Below are positions 63,279 to 64,000 of a stretch of 64,000 nt of DNA, one piece after another (the first letter of the stretch is position 1; every line of letters begins with the position of its first letter). The DNA comes from Tetramitus jugosus. Taxonomy: Eukaryota; Protista; Heterolobosea. A program made the position numbers and the translations under genes. Below the pieces are notes generated by a model that was not told the origin of the DNA, ran no database searches, and was given only the letters and a program-made list of their open reading frames with translations. Where the stretch lies: NCBI GenBank assembly GCA_937625935.1, contig OW569372.1, positions 248,001 to 312,000 on the forward strand. Reading direction: 5' to 3'.

Positions 63279-64000
63279 TTATTTCAAAAACACTTTGATA
63301 CTGGCAATAAGCAGCTTGAGGTCGCTTGGTGAGTCCCCGTTTACCATACGGTCAAATGGATAGTCCAACTCCTTCATCAAAGAGATTGCATTCGCATTGC
63401 CCTTGCAAATTCGATACACGGTCGTCAGCATTCTCTGCTTAATTTCGTTGGATGCTTCTCCTGCACAAAACTCACCCATGCTGCACAGCAACTGAGTCTC
63501 TTCGTCGTTGCCATCCTTTGAGGTGTATAGACTCAAATTACTTGCCAAGCTAGCAGCAGTGAGTCTGAGGGCCTCCAATTTACTAGTCAACGATGATGTG
63601 ATAATATCAACTAACTTTGAAAATTTTTCAGAGCTGGTGAGCAATTTGACAGACTGTGGAACGAATCCACTATCAAATGTTGCGGGAAACATGTTACAAT
63701 ACATTCGAAGAACCATCAATTGTGTTGGCATGGACAAATCAGCCCAATTCTCAAGGTACTTGTTCCCAACAATTTCAATCAAATTCAAATCACTGTTCAA
63801 CAAGAATCGATCAACAATAGCAGAAGTTTGGACAAGAAGTCTCACTAGATCCAAAACAGGAAAAACACTCTTCTCTGGAAGTTCATCAATCATTCGCTTC
63901 AAGAGCTTGATTGTGTCTTCAGAGATCAGATTGTAATTCTTGGTGGTGGTTGATGCCAGAAATTGCTGTAAATTGCTCAGTTGTACCTCTTCTTGCACTC
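63279..64000 (-). CDS. C-terminal PUL domain (PLAA/Doa1-type), 5' part outside the window
   Basis: FPVLDLVRLL, QLMVLRMYCNMF and LRLTAASLASNLS ARM-like PUL motifs. Confidence 0.8.
   Translation of the reverse strand, partial: VQEEVQLSNLQQFLASTTTKNYNLISEDTIKLLKRMIDELPEKSVFPVLDLVRLLVQTSAIVDRFLLNSDLNLIEIVGNKYLENWADLSMPTQLMVLRMYCNMFPATFDSGFVPQSVKLLTSSEKFSKLVDIITSSLTSKLEALRLTAASLASNLSLYTSKDGNDEETQLLCSMGEFCAGEASNEIKQRMLTTVYRICKGNANAISLMKELDYPFDRMVNGDSPSDLKLLIASIKVFLK

Noticed and set aside
1-64000. CRISPR arrays, prokaryotic defence operons, transposases, viral insertions, alternative genetic code
   Set aside because: No repeat-spacer arrays or transposase, RT or capsid motifs were recognised. Split ORFs are explained by GT-AG introns, and TAA, TAG and TGA all act as stops.

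Overview
Gene-dense eukaryotic nuclear DNA with about 40 protein-coding genes and one tRNA-Asp(GTC) in 64 kb. Introns are few and short (57-155 nt, GTATGT/GTAAGT...AG, some with a CTAAC branch point), and most intergenic gaps are under 300 nt. Gene style and content suggest a free-living protist, plausibly a heterolobosean amoeboflagellate (inference only). Recognisable genes: two calmodulins, class I HDAC, vasohibin, UvrD/Srs2 helicase, U1-C, TMEM258, a diaphanous-type formin, ABCD transporter, COG3, Na+/H+ exchanger, ODA docking-complex subunit, GH17 glucanase, TrmO, Ric-8, glutamine synthetase II, RAD18, COX16, FIBP and a PUL-domain protein. No CRISPR array, rRNA or recognisable transposon was seen. 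The best novelty candidate is one uninterrupted ORF (60211-62721) fusing a MOB kinase-activator domain to C2 and RasGAP domains, which could couple Hippo/NDR-type signalling to Ras inactivation. Other leads are a tandem Cys-repeat protein, an F-box protein with a NuiA-like C-terminus, a hydrolase with an altered catalytic triad, a recurrent E2F-like intergenic motif, stop codons embedded in poly(A)-like signals, and a candidate structured element upstream of glutamine synthetase. All family calls come from motif recognition by eye; no searches were run.
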